Source: Candidatus Latescibacterota bacterium
Lineage (GTDB): Bacteria > Latescibacterota > UBA2968 > UBA8231
DNA: 64,000 nucleotides
NCBI GenBank assembly: GCA_965203175.1
Contig: OZ241867.1
Span: forward strand, 544,001 to 608,000
Direction of reading: 5' to 3'
Shown here in pieces: positions 10,218-20,462 of the stretch. The notes under the pieces were generated by a model. It was not told where the DNA came from and searched no databases. It saw nothing but the letters and a program-made list of their open reading frames with translations. How positions within the stretch are numbered: the first letter of the stretch is position 1; each line of letters starts with the position of its first letter. The translations under genes and the position numbers were made by a program.

Positions 10218-10636
10218 GCGCCCGAACCGCCGCTTAGGGCCGCGTAACCTTTGTCGTCGCTGGCACCAGATTCGACCGGGAAGCCGAGATCCAGCCAGCC
10301 GCGCTCAGTGCGCGACCCACCAAATCCAGCGGTGACATTGGCCACATCCGTGAAACCAGCGGCGGCGAGCGCCTCACAAGCGCGCATGGAGCGCGCGCCC
10401 GACTGGCAGCCGACGAGCAGCTTGGCATCCGTGGCAAAATTGGCTTGAACGACCTGGACGAAGTCGAGGTTGGGAACCATGCCCGCGGCGTGGCGTTGCA
10501 TGATGGGAATGTTGAACGCGCCGGCCGGATGGCCGTTCTCGTATTCGGGGATGGAGCGGACGTCGATATAAACCGCGCCCGCGTCGCCTTCGAGCAGTTC
10601 CTTCGCCTCAGTGGGACTGACGTTTTGATAGCTCAC
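10214..10636 (-). CDS. Rhodanese-like domain protein
   Basis: YIDVRSIPEYENGHPAGAFNIP; active-site loop GCQSGARS. Confidence 0.9.
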   Translation of the reverse strand: MSYQNVSPTEAKELLEGDAGAVYIDVRSIPEYENGHPAGAFNIPIMQRHAAGMVPNLDFVQVVQANFATDAKLLVGCQSGARSMRACEALAAAGFTDVANVTAGFGGSRTERGWLDLGFPVESGASDDKGYAALSGGSGA

Positions 10637-10746
10637 GATACTTTATCTCCATTTGACAATGTCCGCTTTGCAGAGTTGGATTATTACATAAGGTAACGCA
10701 CTACTTTCGCCATCTACAAGCCCACAGACTCCGGAGAAAGACGATT

Positions 10747-11883
10747 TTGAACGCATGGCACAGGGCTGGCGTACTGTTATTGGCTGTAGTTTTGGGAGCT
10801 TGCAGTGTGCAAGTGGGTGGGCAAGACGAGGGCGACGACGCAGACCCAGCGGCCCAAGCCGACAGCACGGCCGCCGATAGCCTCTCCAAGCCCATAGAAG
10901 CAGTACCCGTCGAAGTCGCCCTCGCACACACGGGCGAGATTTCCGCGCATTTGCTCTTCAACTCGACCATCGAAACCGAGGCGGCCGTCGAGATTTACCC
11001 CCAAATCAGCGGCCTCGTCAAACAGCTCAACGTCGAGGAAGGCGATCGCGTCGAAGTGGGCGACACCCTCCTCAGCATCGAAGACAAGCAGTTGCGCATC
11101 GCCGTTGAAGAGGCCCAAGCCAACTACCAGTATCAGCAGACTGGCTTCAAGCGCACCGAGGCCATGTTCGAGCGCAACCTCATCAGCGACCAAGAGTTTG
11201 AGACCAACAAATACAACTTTGAACAATCTCGCCTCAGGCTAGAGCGCGCTCGCCTAGAGCTGGAATACGCAGAAGTCCTCGCGCCGTTCTCCGGCGTGAT
11301 CACCGAGCGCTACGTGCAGGTCGGCGCTCGGGTGGGGCCGAGTAGCAAGCTCTATGACCTCATCAAACTCGACGACCTCATCGCCCGCGTCTTTGCACCC
11401 GGCCAGTACCTCACCACCATCGGCAACGGCCAGCAGGCCCTTATCACCTCGGACTTTTTGCCCGACAAGCGCTTCCACGGCTGGGTCAAGCGCATTAGCC
11501 CCGTAGTCGATCCCAGAAGCGGCACCTTCAAGGTCACGGTAGGACTGCGCGACCGCTGGGAGTACTTGCGGCCCGGCCTCTTCGTCAACGTGCGCATCGT
11601 CACCGACACGCACACCGACGCCGTATTGATACCCAAGCAGGCCATCGTGTACGATGGCGGCGACCGGTTCGTGTTCGCCGTCGTGGACACCACGGCCGCG
11701 CGGATCAAGTTGCAGCCTGGGTTCGAGGACACCGACTTTATCGAGTCGCTCGCCGGCATCGACTCCGGCACCCCGATCATCGTCGTCGGGCAAAATGGCC
11801 TCAAGGACCGCACGCGAGTGCGCATAGTCAACTCAGCCGACGACGGCTCGGCTGAGCTCTCCGAAGACGCGGGCCAAGGCTAG
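10747..11883 (+). CDS. RND efflux periplasmic adaptor (MFP) lipoprotein
   Basis: Lipobox LGAC, VEEGDRVEVGD, APFSGVI, ISPVVDPRSGT, LRPGLF. Confidence 0.92.
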   Translation: MNAWHRAGVLLLAVVLGACSVQVGGQDEGDDADPAAQADSTAADSLSKPIEAVPVEVALAHTGEISAHLLFNSTIETEAAVEIYPQISGLVKQLNVEEGDRVEVGDTLLSIEDKQLRIAVEEAQANYQYQQTGFKRTEAMFERNLISDQEFETNKYNFEQSRLRLERARLELEYAEVLAPFSGVITERYVQVGARVGPSSKLYDLIKLDDLIARVFAPGQYLTTIGNGQQALITSDFLPDKRFHGWVKRISPVVDPRSGTFKVTVGLRDRWEYLRPGLFVNVRIVTDTHTDAVLIPKQAIVYDGGDRFVFAVVDTTAARIKLQPGFEDTDFIESLAGIDSGTPIIVVGQNGLKDRTRVRIVNSADDGSAELSEDAGQG

Positions 11884-11891
11884 GCTTCGGC

Positions 11892-14800
11892 ATGAGCTCA
11901 GCCGAACGGCCCCTGCAGCAGCCCGTTAGCACATCTCGCTTCGCTATTGCAACCCGGCGGCCAGTCGCCATTCTCATGGTGGTGCTGGCCGTCTGCGTTT
12001 TTGGCTGGGTCTCCTATCAGCGGCTCTCGCTGAACCTAATGCCCGACATCTCCTATCCGACTCTGACGGTGCGCACCGAATATCCAGGCACGGCACCGGA
12101 GGAAGTCGAGACCCTGCTCTCCCGCCCTTTGGAGCAGGAACTGGGCATTGTACCGCACCTCGTCAACATCAGCTCCATCTCCAAGGCCGGGCAGTCGGAC
12201 ATCATCCTCGAATTTGAATGGGACACCGACATGAACGCGATGTCCCAAGAAATCCGCGAGAAGGCCGACCGCGTCTGGCTGCCCCAAGACGCCGAGAAAC
12301 CCCTCCTGCTGCGCTACGACCCCTCGTTAGACCCGATCATGCGCATTGGCCTGCACGGCCCGCAGGATCTCTACGCGCTGCGCTACCTCGCCGAGCACGA
12401 AATCAAGCGCGAACTGGAAGCTCTGGTCGGAGTAGCAGCGGTCAAAATCAAGGGCGGCTTGGAAGAGGAGATCCACGTCGCACTCAACGAGCGCCAAATC
12501 TCGGTGATGGGCTTGGACATCAACCAGATCAACAACCGCCTAGCTCAGAACAACGTCAATCTGCCCGGCGGCAACTTGCGCGAGGGTCAAGTCGAATACC
12601 TGATCCGCACGCTCAACGAGTTCGCCACCGTCGATGAGATCGCCGAGTTGATCGTGGCGCGGCAGGGCGACGCCGATGTTTATCTGCGCGATATTGCCAA
12701 GGTCTCCCGCTCGCACAAGGACCGCGAGATCATCACCCGAGTCAACGGCCGCGAGAGCGTCGAGATCGAAATTTACAAGGAAGCCGACGCCAACATCGTC
12801 GCCGTCGCCGACAGGGTTCGCAACGCGCTCTTCGGCTTGCCAGAGCAGCGTGCGTACGTGGAGCAGAAGACCCGCGAAGCCCAAGAAATGGCCAAGCGCA
12901 GCGAGGAGCAAAAAAAGCAAGAGCAAGAGGAAGCGCGAAAAAAGCAAGAGGCTGCAAAAGCCGATTCGACAAAGAACGAGGAAGAGCAAAAAAAGGAGCT
13001 GGAAAAGAAAAAGCAGGAGGAAGCCCGCAAGGCGATGGAGCATTTGCGGATGACCGACTTCATCGGCCACCGCCTGCCCCCAGGAGCCAAGCTGGAGATT
13101 TTGTCCGACCAGTCGGGTTTTATCGAGAATTCGATCACCGAGGTCCAAATCAATGCGATCATCGGCGGGACGATGGCCGTGCTAGTGCTCTTGGTGTTCT
13201 TGCGCAACGTGGTCCACACGCTGATCGTCGGCCTGACGATCCCAGTGTCGATCATGGCGACCTTCGCGCCGATGTACATGTTCGACGTGTCGCTCAATAT
13301 CATGTCGCTCGGCGGGTTGGCCCTCGGAATCGGGATGCTGGTCGACAACTCGATCGTGGTGCTGGAGAGCATCTTCCGCTGTCGGGAGGAGGGCGACGAT
13401 CTGGTCCAAGCCACCGTTCGCGGCACCAGCGAGGTCGGTACCGCGGTGTTGGCCTCGACGCTGACGACGATCACGGTGTTTTTTCCCATCGTCTTCGTCG
13501 AGGGCGTAGCCGGGCAGATCTTCGGCGACATGGCGCTGACGGTCGTGTTCTCGCTGTTGGCCTCGTTGGGGGTGGCGCTGTACTTCATTCCCATGCTGGC
13601 CTCGCGCCAAATCGACCGCCAAGGCGGATTGGCCGAGCAGATCGGCCGCAGTGACTTTTTGCGCCTCCAGGCACTGAGCCGGGCCCGCGCGGTATTAAGT
13701 GAGCCGGGGAGCCGATGGCGCAAGGCGGCGCAGGTGGCCCTTTCGCTGCCTTACCTAGTCGGCGAGGTATTGTTGCGGGTGGGGCTGGCCGCAGCAACCC
13801 TCGTCGCGGCGCTGATCAAAGGAGCCTTTCTGCTCGTCGCCGAGCTGTTGTGGTGGCTAATCAAACCCGTCGAGTTCTTCTGGTTCAAGCGCGAGCAGAC
13901 CTTTCAGAGTTGGTTGGGCGCTTGGGCCGCGGAAAGCCGCGTCGGCCAGTGGACCTTCTTCGAGCGCGTCTGGCCGGGCATCCTCGGCTTTGAGTCGCCG
14001 CGCATCCTCGGCGAGACTGTACAGCGCTACTGGCGTTGGGTGAACAGGTCCGAGCACTTAGCGTGGAAGATACTCAAATCCTTGTCGCTACCGCTGGTGT
14101 TGTTCTATCTGGTGGCTATGCGCTTCGTCTTTGGCACGGCGCTCAGGCTGGTGGGCATCGTCCTGCAAGTGGTGCTGATGCTCGTCGGGCTGGTGCTGGT
14201 GCTGGCACTGTGTCTGTTGGGCATGGCGCTGATGCCAGTCTTTTTGCCGTTGCTGTTCGTTTTTGAACGCGGCTTCGGGCTGGTGCAGCAGACCTATCCG
14301 GCCCTGTTGGGCTGGGCGCTCAGGCAGCGCTTGCTGATTATCGGCGGTGCCCTAGCTGCCCTGTTGGTCTGCTGGTACAAACTCCTGCCCGAACTGGGCA
14401 CCGAACTGATTCCCCAAGTCCACCAAGCTGAATTCAACCTCGACCTCAGACTGCCGGTGGGTACGCCGCTGGAAGAGACCGCCGAGATCGTGCGCCAGAT
14501 CGAAGAACTCGCAGGCAAACAGCCCCAAGTCGCGCGCGTGGCGACGACCGTGGGCACCGACCGGTCGGCGAGTTCCTCGGCCGAAGAAGGCGAGCACACC
14601 GCGCAAGTAACAATCCGCATGCAGGAGGGGTCCAGCGCCGCACAAGAAGCCGCGTTAATTCGACATCTGCGGGACGAGGTTGACGAGATCCCCGAAATCG
14701 AGGTCGAAGTCTCTCATCCGGCGCTGTTTAGCTTTAAGACACCCATTGAGGTCGAGATTCGCGGCTACAATCTGCGCCAGTTGCGCCAGTTGAGCTTAGA

Positions 14801-15797
14801 GGCCGAGTCGCGGATGGCCAGCTTGCCCGGGCTAGTCGACGTCAAATCGTCGCTGCAGGCGGGCAACCCCGAGCTACAGATCAGCTACAAGCGCGACCAA
14901 CTCGCAACCTACGGCCTGTCGCTGCGCAACGTCGCCGAGTTGGTGCGCCACAAGGTGCAGGGCAAGGTCGCCACTGACTTCCGCCAAGACGAGCGCCAGA
15001 TCGACGTACTAGTGCGGCTGCGCGAGGAGGACCGCCTCGGGCTCGACGAGCTGCAGCGGCTGGTGATCAATCCCAATGCGCCTATTCCGATTCCGCTTTC
15101 CTCGGTGGCCGATATCCGGGTCAACGAAGGGCCGAGCGAGATCCGCCGTATTGACCAACAGCGCTCCGCAGTGGTCACGGCCAATATCCAAGGTGTCGAT
15201 CTGGGCACGGCCTCGGGCCTGATCCACGACGAACTGAGCAGAATGGACTTCCCGGTGGGTTTCGACTTTATGATCAGCGGCCAGAACGAAGAGATGGAGA
15301 CCTCGTTGCAGAGTCTCTACTTCGCCTTGGTGCTGGCGATCTTCCTCGTCTATGTGGTGATGGCCAGCCAGTTTGAGTCGCTGGTCCACCCCTTCGTCAT
15401 TATGTTCACGGTGCCCCTAGCGTTGATCGGCGTGGTGGTGGCGCTCTATCTGGCGCAGGCAGCTCTGAGCGTGGTAGTTTTTATCGGCCTGATCATGCTG
15501 GCCGGCATTGTCGTCAACAACGCCATCGTGCTCATTGACTATATCAACACCTTGCGCCGCACCGGCATGGAAAAGACCCAGGCCATCATCCAGGCCGGCA
15601 CCGTGCGGCTGCGCCCGATTACCATGACCACGACAACGACAGTCTTGGGGCTGTTGCCGATGGCTTTGGGGCTGGGCGAGGGGGCCGAGATCCGCACGCC
15701 GATGGCCCTGACCGTAATCGCCGGCCTCGTCTCTTCCACCTTCCTCACCCTCGTGGTGATCCCGACCGTTTATTCACTAGTCGATCGCCGGGCCTAG
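11892..15797 (+). CDS. RND efflux permease subunit 1 (AcrB/MdtB-like) with two large insertions
   Basis: RRPVA, NIMSLGGLALGIGMLVDNSIVV, GIVVNNAIVLID, RLRPITMTT. Confidence 0.93.
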   Translation: MSSAERPLQQPVSTSRFAIATRRPVAILMVVLAVCVFGWVSYQRLSLNLMPDISYPTLTVRTEYPGTAPEEVETLLSRPLEQELGIVPHLVNISSISKAGQSDIILEFEWDTDMNAMSQEIREKADRVWLPQDAEKPLLLRYDPSLDPIMRIGLHGPQDLYALRYLAEHEIKRELEALVGVAAVKIKGGLEEEIHVALNERQISVMGLDINQINNRLAQNNVNLPGGNLREGQVEYLIRTLNEFATVDEIAELIVARQGDADVYLRDIAKVSRSHKDREIITRVNGRESVEIEIYKEADANIVAVADRVRNALFGLPEQRAYVEQKTREAQEMAKRSEEQKKQEQEEARKKQEAAKADSTKNEEEQKKELEKKKQEEARKAMEHLRMTDFIGHRLPPGAKLEILSDQSGFIENSITEVQINAIIGGTMAVLVLLVFLRNVVHTLIVGLTIPVSIMATFAPMYMFDVSLNIMSLGGLALGIGMLVDNSIVVLESIFRCREEGDDLVQATVRGTSEVGTAVLASTLTTITVFFPIVFVEGVAGQIFGDMALTVVFSLLASLGVALYFIPMLASRQIDRQGGLAEQIGRSDFLRLQALSRARAVLSEPGSRWRKAAQVALSLPYLVGEVLLRVGLAAATLVAALIKGAFLLVAELLWWLIKPVEFFWFKREQTFQSWLGAWAAESRVGQWTFFERVWPGILGFESPRILGETVQRYWRWVNRSEHLAWKILKSLSLPLVLFYLVAMRFVFGTALRLVGIVLQVVLMLVGLVLVLALCLLGMALMPVFLPLLFVFERGFGLVQQTYPALLGWALRQRLLIIGGALAALLVCWYKLLPELGTELIPQVHQAEFNLDLRLPVGTPLEETAEIVRQIEELAGKQPQVARVATTVGTDRSASSSAEEGEHTAQVTIRMQEGSSAAQEAALIRHLRDEVDEIPEIEVEVSHPALFSFKTPIEVEIRGYNLRQLRQLSLEAESRMASLPGLVDVKSSLQAGNPELQISYKRDQLATYGLSLRNVAELVRHKVQGKVATDFRQDERQIDVLVRLREEDRLGLDELQRLVINPNAPIPIPLSSVADIRVNEGPSEIRRIDQQRSAVVTANIQGVDLGTASGLIHDELSRMDFPVGFDFMISGQNEEMETSLQSLYFALVLAIFLVYVVMASQFESLVHPFVIMFTVPLALIGVVVALYLAQAALSVVVFIGLIMLAGIVVNNAIVLIDYINTLRRTGMEKTQAIIQAGTVRLRPITMTTTTTVLGLLPMALGLGEGAEIRTPMALTVIAGLVSSTFLTLVVIPTVYSLVDRRA

Positions 15798-15806
15798 GAG
15801 GAACCG

Positions 15807-18800
15807 ATGGAAAAGCCAAACCAGTATCCTCTGCCGCGCTTTTCGGTCAACCGGCCGGTGACCGTGGTGATGTCGCTGGTCGCGCTGCTAGTGGTGGGCT
15901 ACATCGCCTACACGCGGATCCCGCTGACGCTTTTCCCCGAAGGCTTTGACTATCCCCGACTCTTCGCCTGGGCTCACTATCCCAACGCTGGAGCAGTCGA
16001 AGTCGAGCAGAAGGTAGTGCGCCACCTCGAAGAGGCCGTCGCCCAAGTCAGTCGGGTCAAGCGAATCCGCTCCAGCGCCTATAACAGCGGCGGCAATGTC
16101 CGGGTCGAGTTCCAGAAGGGCACTGACCTGCAATTGGCCTTCGCCGAGATGAAGGACCGACTCGACCGAGTGATGCCCGAACTGCCCGACGAGATCGAGC
16201 AACTGTGGGTGCGGCGCTGGGATCAAAACGACATCCCGATCATGGAGGGCGCCATCATCTTAGAGGGCCAATACGTCGATCCGCGCAAACTCATCGACAC
16301 CTATGTGGAGCCGGCGCTGCGCCGCGTCGATGGGGTCGGCAATATTGAACTTTGGGGCTCGCCCAGCAAACAAGTCATAGTCGAGTTAGACAAAGGCAAG
16401 GTGCGCGGCCATGGGATCAATGTCTTTGACGCGCTCACCAGCCTGCGCGCCCAAAATCTCACCGTGCCCGGGGGCTGGGTGATCGAGGGAGGCAAGAAGA
16501 TCTACGTGCGTTCAGTGGGCCGCTTCCAAAACATCGAAGAGCTTGCCAACACCGTGGTCGATCCCGAACACCAGCTACGGCTGGGCGACATCGCCGAGGT
16601 CGCCTATAAGCAGCCAGAGAAAGACTGGGTCAACCGCATTGACCGCAAGGAGTCGCTGGGCTTCGGCGTCACCAAGGCGTCGGGTGCCAATGTCGTCGAG
16701 GTTTCCAACGGCGTGAAGGAGGAGCTGGAAAAGCTGAAGGATCATCCCAAGCTCGAAGGCTTGGACTTCAAGATGTTCTGGAACCAAGGCGACCAAGTGA
16801 TCAACTCGGTTAACAATCTCAAAACTTCCGGCCTATGGGGTGGGCTATTCGCGGCCATCGTGCTCTTTTTCTTTTTGCGCGCAGTGCGCATCACGCTGAT
16901 CATCACCTTGGCGATCCCGCTGTCGCTTCTGACGACGATTATCGCCCTGTACTTCATAGGCTGGTCGTTGAATGTGTTGACGATGATGGGCCTGATGCTG
17001 AGCCTAGGACTGGTGGTTGACAACGCCATCGTCATCGTCGAAAACATCTACCGCAAGCGCCAAGAAGGCATTGCCCCGCGCACGGCTTCGGTTGACGGGG
17101 CCGGCGAGGTGGGGCTGGCAGTGACCATGGCAACCCTGACGACGGTGGTGGTCTTCCTGCCCCTGATTCTGATGAGCGACGAGGAGATGTTTTCGTTCTT
17201 CATGCTCAGAATCGGCCTGCCGGTCATCGTGGGGCTGGTGGCCTCGCTGATCATCGCCCTGATCTTTATCCCCCTCGCCGCACTCAAGCTCTCGACGAAA
17301 AAGGAACGGGGCGAGTCGAGGATGATCCTCTGGTCCCGCAAGCACTACATGCGCTCGCTGGGCTGGGTGCTAAACAATCGCCTCGACGCCTTCGTCATCG
17401 CCTTGGTCCTTTCTGCCAGCATCATGATCCCGCTGGATGGCATGGAGCGCACCGACAGTCAGGAGCGCAACGAGGTGCGGATGGACTTGGCCTTTGAAAT
17501 GCCTTCGGGCCAGTCGCTAGACCAGGCCGAGAAGTTCATGACCGCCGTCGAGGACACGGTGATGGCCCACAAGGCCGAGTACAACGTCGAAATGCTGCGC
17601 ACCTACTTCCGCCGTGGCTGGGGCCGGGTAACGCTGTTTTTCGTCGAAGAAGAGGACGTGGAGTGGTATGAGGTGGCCTGGGACAATCTGAACATCGCGC
17701 TGGGTCTGAAGGAACAGGAGTACCTCTCCTACAAGGAAGTCGAGAAGGATATCCGCGAGCGGCTTTACCTGCCGCCGGGCATTACCTTGCGGGTCAACTG
17801 GGAAAACTCCGAGCAGGATGCCCGAGTCAATGTCAGCCTGTATGGCGAAGACACCAAGGTGCTGGTCGGGCTGGCCGCCGAGGTCGAGCGGCGGCTGGAG
17901 AGCATACCCGGCTTGCTGTCGGTCAACACCGACATGGACCGCGGCGGCACCGAGCTACAGTTGCGCCTCGATCGCGACCAAATTCAGCGCTTCGGCGTGG
18001 ATCCCCAGCAGGTTTCGGGAGCCATCGCCTACGCACTGCGCGGCACGGACATCAACAAGTTCCACACCGACGATGGCCGCGAAGTCGATATCCGCGTGCG
18101 GCTAGCCAACTACGACAGCCAGAGCCTAGACGACCTGCGCACCCAGAACTTTCCCACCGACGACGGCCGCGAAGTATCCCTCGAAGCGCTGGCCGACATC
18201 TACGTCGAGCGCACGTTGGGCAATATCCGGCGCGAAAACCGGCAGACCATGCTCAATGTCAGCGCTCGCGCCGCCAAGGACCGGGCGCAACATCTTTTCG
18301 GCCAAGTCGATCGGGTGATGCAGGGCTTTGAGATGCCGCGCGGTTACCGCTGGGACAAGGGCGCTCGCTTTGTGGAGTTGGAGGAGCAGGACCAGTCGCG
18401 GAACTTCGCCCTTATCATGTCCGTGACGTTCGTCTTTTTGCTAATGGGGGTGCTCTTCGAATCGTTCGTGCTGCCGCTATCGGTGATCGTGTCCATCCCA
18501 TTCTCCTTCCTCGGCGTTTGCTGGGTTCTATATGTGACCGACACGCCCTTTGAAATCATGTCCGCGATCGGCTCGGTGATCCTGATCGGCGTGGTGGTCA
18601 ACAACGCCATCGTGCTGATCGATTTGGCCAACCGGCTCCGGGCCGAGGGCAAGTCGCGCTACGACGCATTGGTGGCGGCCGGCCGCCACCGCTTCCGGCC
18701 AATCCTGATGACGACCTTCACCACTGCTTTCGGGTTGATCCCAATGGCCGCGGGCAATTCCAAGATGATAGGCACAGAGTACGCGCCGCTGGGACGGACG

Positions 18801-18950
18801 ATGATCGGGGGCCTGCTGGCTTCCATGGTACTGACGCTGCTGTTGGTGCCGCTGTTTTACACCTTTTTCGACGATTTCCGCACGGCGATGCAGCGGATTA
18901 TGACATCGGCGTTTGGGCGCAAGGAAGAGGCGAGCGACTCACCGTCCTAA
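15807..18950 (+). CDS. RND efflux permease subunit 2
   Basis: NRPVT, GLVVDNAIVIVENI, GVVVNNAIVLID, RFRPILMTT; RBS GGAGG. Confidence 0.93.
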   Translation: MEKPNQYPLPRFSVNRPVTVVMSLVALLVVGYIAYTRIPLTLFPEGFDYPRLFAWAHYPNAGAVEVEQKVVRHLEEAVAQVSRVKRIRSSAYNSGGNVRVEFQKGTDLQLAFAEMKDRLDRVMPELPDEIEQLWVRRWDQNDIPIMEGAIILEGQYVDPRKLIDTYVEPALRRVDGVGNIELWGSPSKQVIVELDKGKVRGHGINVFDALTSLRAQNLTVPGGWVIEGGKKIYVRSVGRFQNIEELANTVVDPEHQLRLGDIAEVAYKQPEKDWVNRIDRKESLGFGVTKASGANVVEVSNGVKEELEKLKDHPKLEGLDFKMFWNQGDQVINSVNNLKTSGLWGGLFAAIVLFFFLRAVRITLIITLAIPLSLLTTIIALYFIGWSLNVLTMMGLMLSLGLVVDNAIVIVENIYRKRQEGIAPRTASVDGAGEVGLAVTMATLTTVVVFLPLILMSDEEMFSFFMLRIGLPVIVGLVASLIIALIFIPLAALKLSTKKERGESRMILWSRKHYMRSLGWVLNNRLDAFVIALVLSASIMIPLDGMERTDSQERNEVRMDLAFEMPSGQSLDQAEKFMTAVEDTVMAHKAEYNVEMLRTYFRRGWGRVTLFFVEEEDVEWYEVAWDNLNIALGLKEQEYLSYKEVEKDIRERLYLPPGITLRVNWENSEQDARVNVSLYGEDTKVLVGLAAEVERRLESIPGLLSVNTDMDRGGTELQLRLDRDQIQRFGVDPQQVSGAIAYALRGTDINKFHTDDGREVDIRVRLANYDSQSLDDLRTQNFPTDDGREVSLEALADIYVERTLGNIRRENRQTMLNVSARAAKDRAQHLFGQVDRVMQGFEMPRGYRWDKGARFVELEEQDQSRNFALIMSVTFVFLLMGVLFESFVLPLSVIVSIPFSFLGVCWVLYVTDTPFEIMSAIGSVILIGVVVNNAIVLIDLANRLRAEGKSRYDALVAAGRHRFRPILMTTFTTAFGLIPMAAGNSKMIGTEYAPLGRTMIGGLLASMVLTLLLVPLFYTFFDDFRTAMQRIMTSAFGRKEEASDSPS

Positions 18951-20429
18951 GCGGAAGACCTGATAGGACACGGAGGGGCAGCCGGCACGGCGGCGATCTA
19001 TTTCCGCGATCAATTCCCGCTGCGGATACGTAGCGCGCAGCGATTCGGGTACCTTTCCACCTGTCCGCACGGCGAAGAGCACTTCTTCTGGATAGGACGC
19101 CTTGCGCTGCCCGTAAAAATCCGTCAAGTCCCGAAACCTCGGATCATCGACCGTGTAGTATTCCCGCTCCACCCTTCCATAATACGCCAGCGCAAACGGT
19201 ATGCTGTACTGCGTGCTCAGCAGCGGCAGCGGTGGAATAACCTCCTCCACGTCCGCAGCGAAACGGTACCAGCCACCGTACTCGCAGAGCCGCTCGCTCC
19301 ACGAGTAGGAAGGCTCGCGGACCCGGTCTTCCTCCGACACCAAGCCAACATAGCTTTTGTCCAGCCCACTGCGCGCGGCTAGATCGCCGTAGAGACCGGG
19401 GTATTTCAGTCCTAGGCCGATGGCGAGCGCTTGCAGCAGCCCGGTGGCGACGACAGCGACGAGCAGCCAGCGCCTAGGCTGCGCCGCAAACGCCACAGGC
19501 CACAGGCTCAGCAAGCCCGGCAGGAGCCAGTTGCCCTTGATCTGACCGCGGCCGAGCGCGAAAAACAAAAAAGCGCCGATGGTACACAGCGCGGGAAGCA
19601 GGACGAGGAGGTCGCGCTGTTTGGCTGCCCGCACCAAGCCGGCATAGAGCAGAAACAGCAAAAACGGCGACGAGAAAAAGAGCGGACTGACCGCAAAGAA
19701 GAGCAGACGCGAAAGAGGATGGCTAAGATCTTCAATGCGCGAAAGGGAGCTCAACGTCTGCGGCAGATAGAAGTCGGTACTAAACTGGGCGTAGGAGAGC
19801 GGTGCGGCGACAGCGACAGCGGGCAGTAGAAATGCGGCGAGCCGGTGCCAACGCTCTTTCCCTCGTTGATCGAGCGCGATCCACAGACCAAGCCCGCCGA
19901 CGAGAAAGGCACCCGAGTATTTACAGAGGACGGCCAAGCCCGCCGCTAAACCCGTGTATACATACGGCCGGAGCGCATTGGTTGCTTCGGCCTGCCGCGC
20001 CATGCACAGGGCCAGTAGCCAACAGGGGACTAAGAAGCCATCGGGATGCAGGTAGGAACTGGTGTGCCAAATCCAATGGCTGAGCGCGAAGGCAGCGGCG
20101 GCCCACAGCGCTAGTTGCTTGGCGAGACCCTGCATCTTGCAAAGCCAATAGACGAGCGCGGTAGAAAGCGCGCCCAATAAAACAGAGGGAAGCCGTAGGA
20201 ACCACTCTTGGTGTGGGTAGAGCGAATGGGCCAACTTGAAGACGGCCAAGGGCAAGAGCGCGTAGGAGGCGTCGAGGTGCTGTCCCCAATACCAGTAAAC
20301 GGCCTCGTCCTTGCCCAGCTCCACATCGGCAATCAGCCTGAGCTTGAGCAGGGTATAGGCGCCCAGCAGGACGAGGCACAGCAGATTGACGCTGTTGGGG
20401 CCGCCGCGTATATTGAGAAACCTGAACAC
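18939..20429 (-). CDS. ArnT/PMT-like glycosyltransferase (GT39/GT83, GT-C fold)
   Basis: DEAVYWYWG, LRLPS, GLAVLCKYSG, polytopic membrane profile. Confidence 0.8.
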   Translation of the reverse strand: MFRFLNIRGGPNSVNLLCLVLLGAYTLLKLRLIADVELGKDEAVYWYWGQHLDASYALLPLAVFKLAHSLYPHQEWFLRLPSVLLGALSTALVYWLCKMQGLAKQLALWAAAAFALSHWIWHTSSYLHPDGFLVPCWLLALCMARQAEATNALRPYVYTGLAAGLAVLCKYSGAFLVGGLGLWIALDQRGKERWHRLAAFLLPAVAVAAPLSYAQFSTDFYLPQTLSSLSRIEDLSHPLSRLLFFAVSPLFFSSPFLLFLLYAGLVRAAKQRDLLVLLPALCTIGAFLFFALGRGQIKGNWLLPGLLSLWPVAFAAQPRRWLLVAVVATGLLQALAIGLGLKYPGLYGDLAARSGLDKSYVGLVSEEDRVREPSYSWSERLCEYGGWYRFAADVEEVIPPLPLLSTQYSIPFALAYYGRVEREYYTVDDPRFRDLTDFYGQRKASYPEEVLFAVRTGGKVPESLRATYPQRELIAEIDRRRAGCPSVSYQVFRLGR

Positions 20430-20462
20430 AGTAGAACAATTCAGAATTATGGAGATGTTTTA

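Noticed and set aside
12773-13723. Long antisense and alternate-frame ORFs (here and throughout the window)
   Set aside because: Shadow ORFs expected in GC-rich coding DNA; they lie over well-supported genes and show no motifs.
20208-20462. N-terminal extensions of tracked ORFs (clpP; likewise hisS, mutM, potB, potC, DUF255)
   Set aside because: The extensions overlap neighbouring genes or promoters and precede the family-typical start or RBS.
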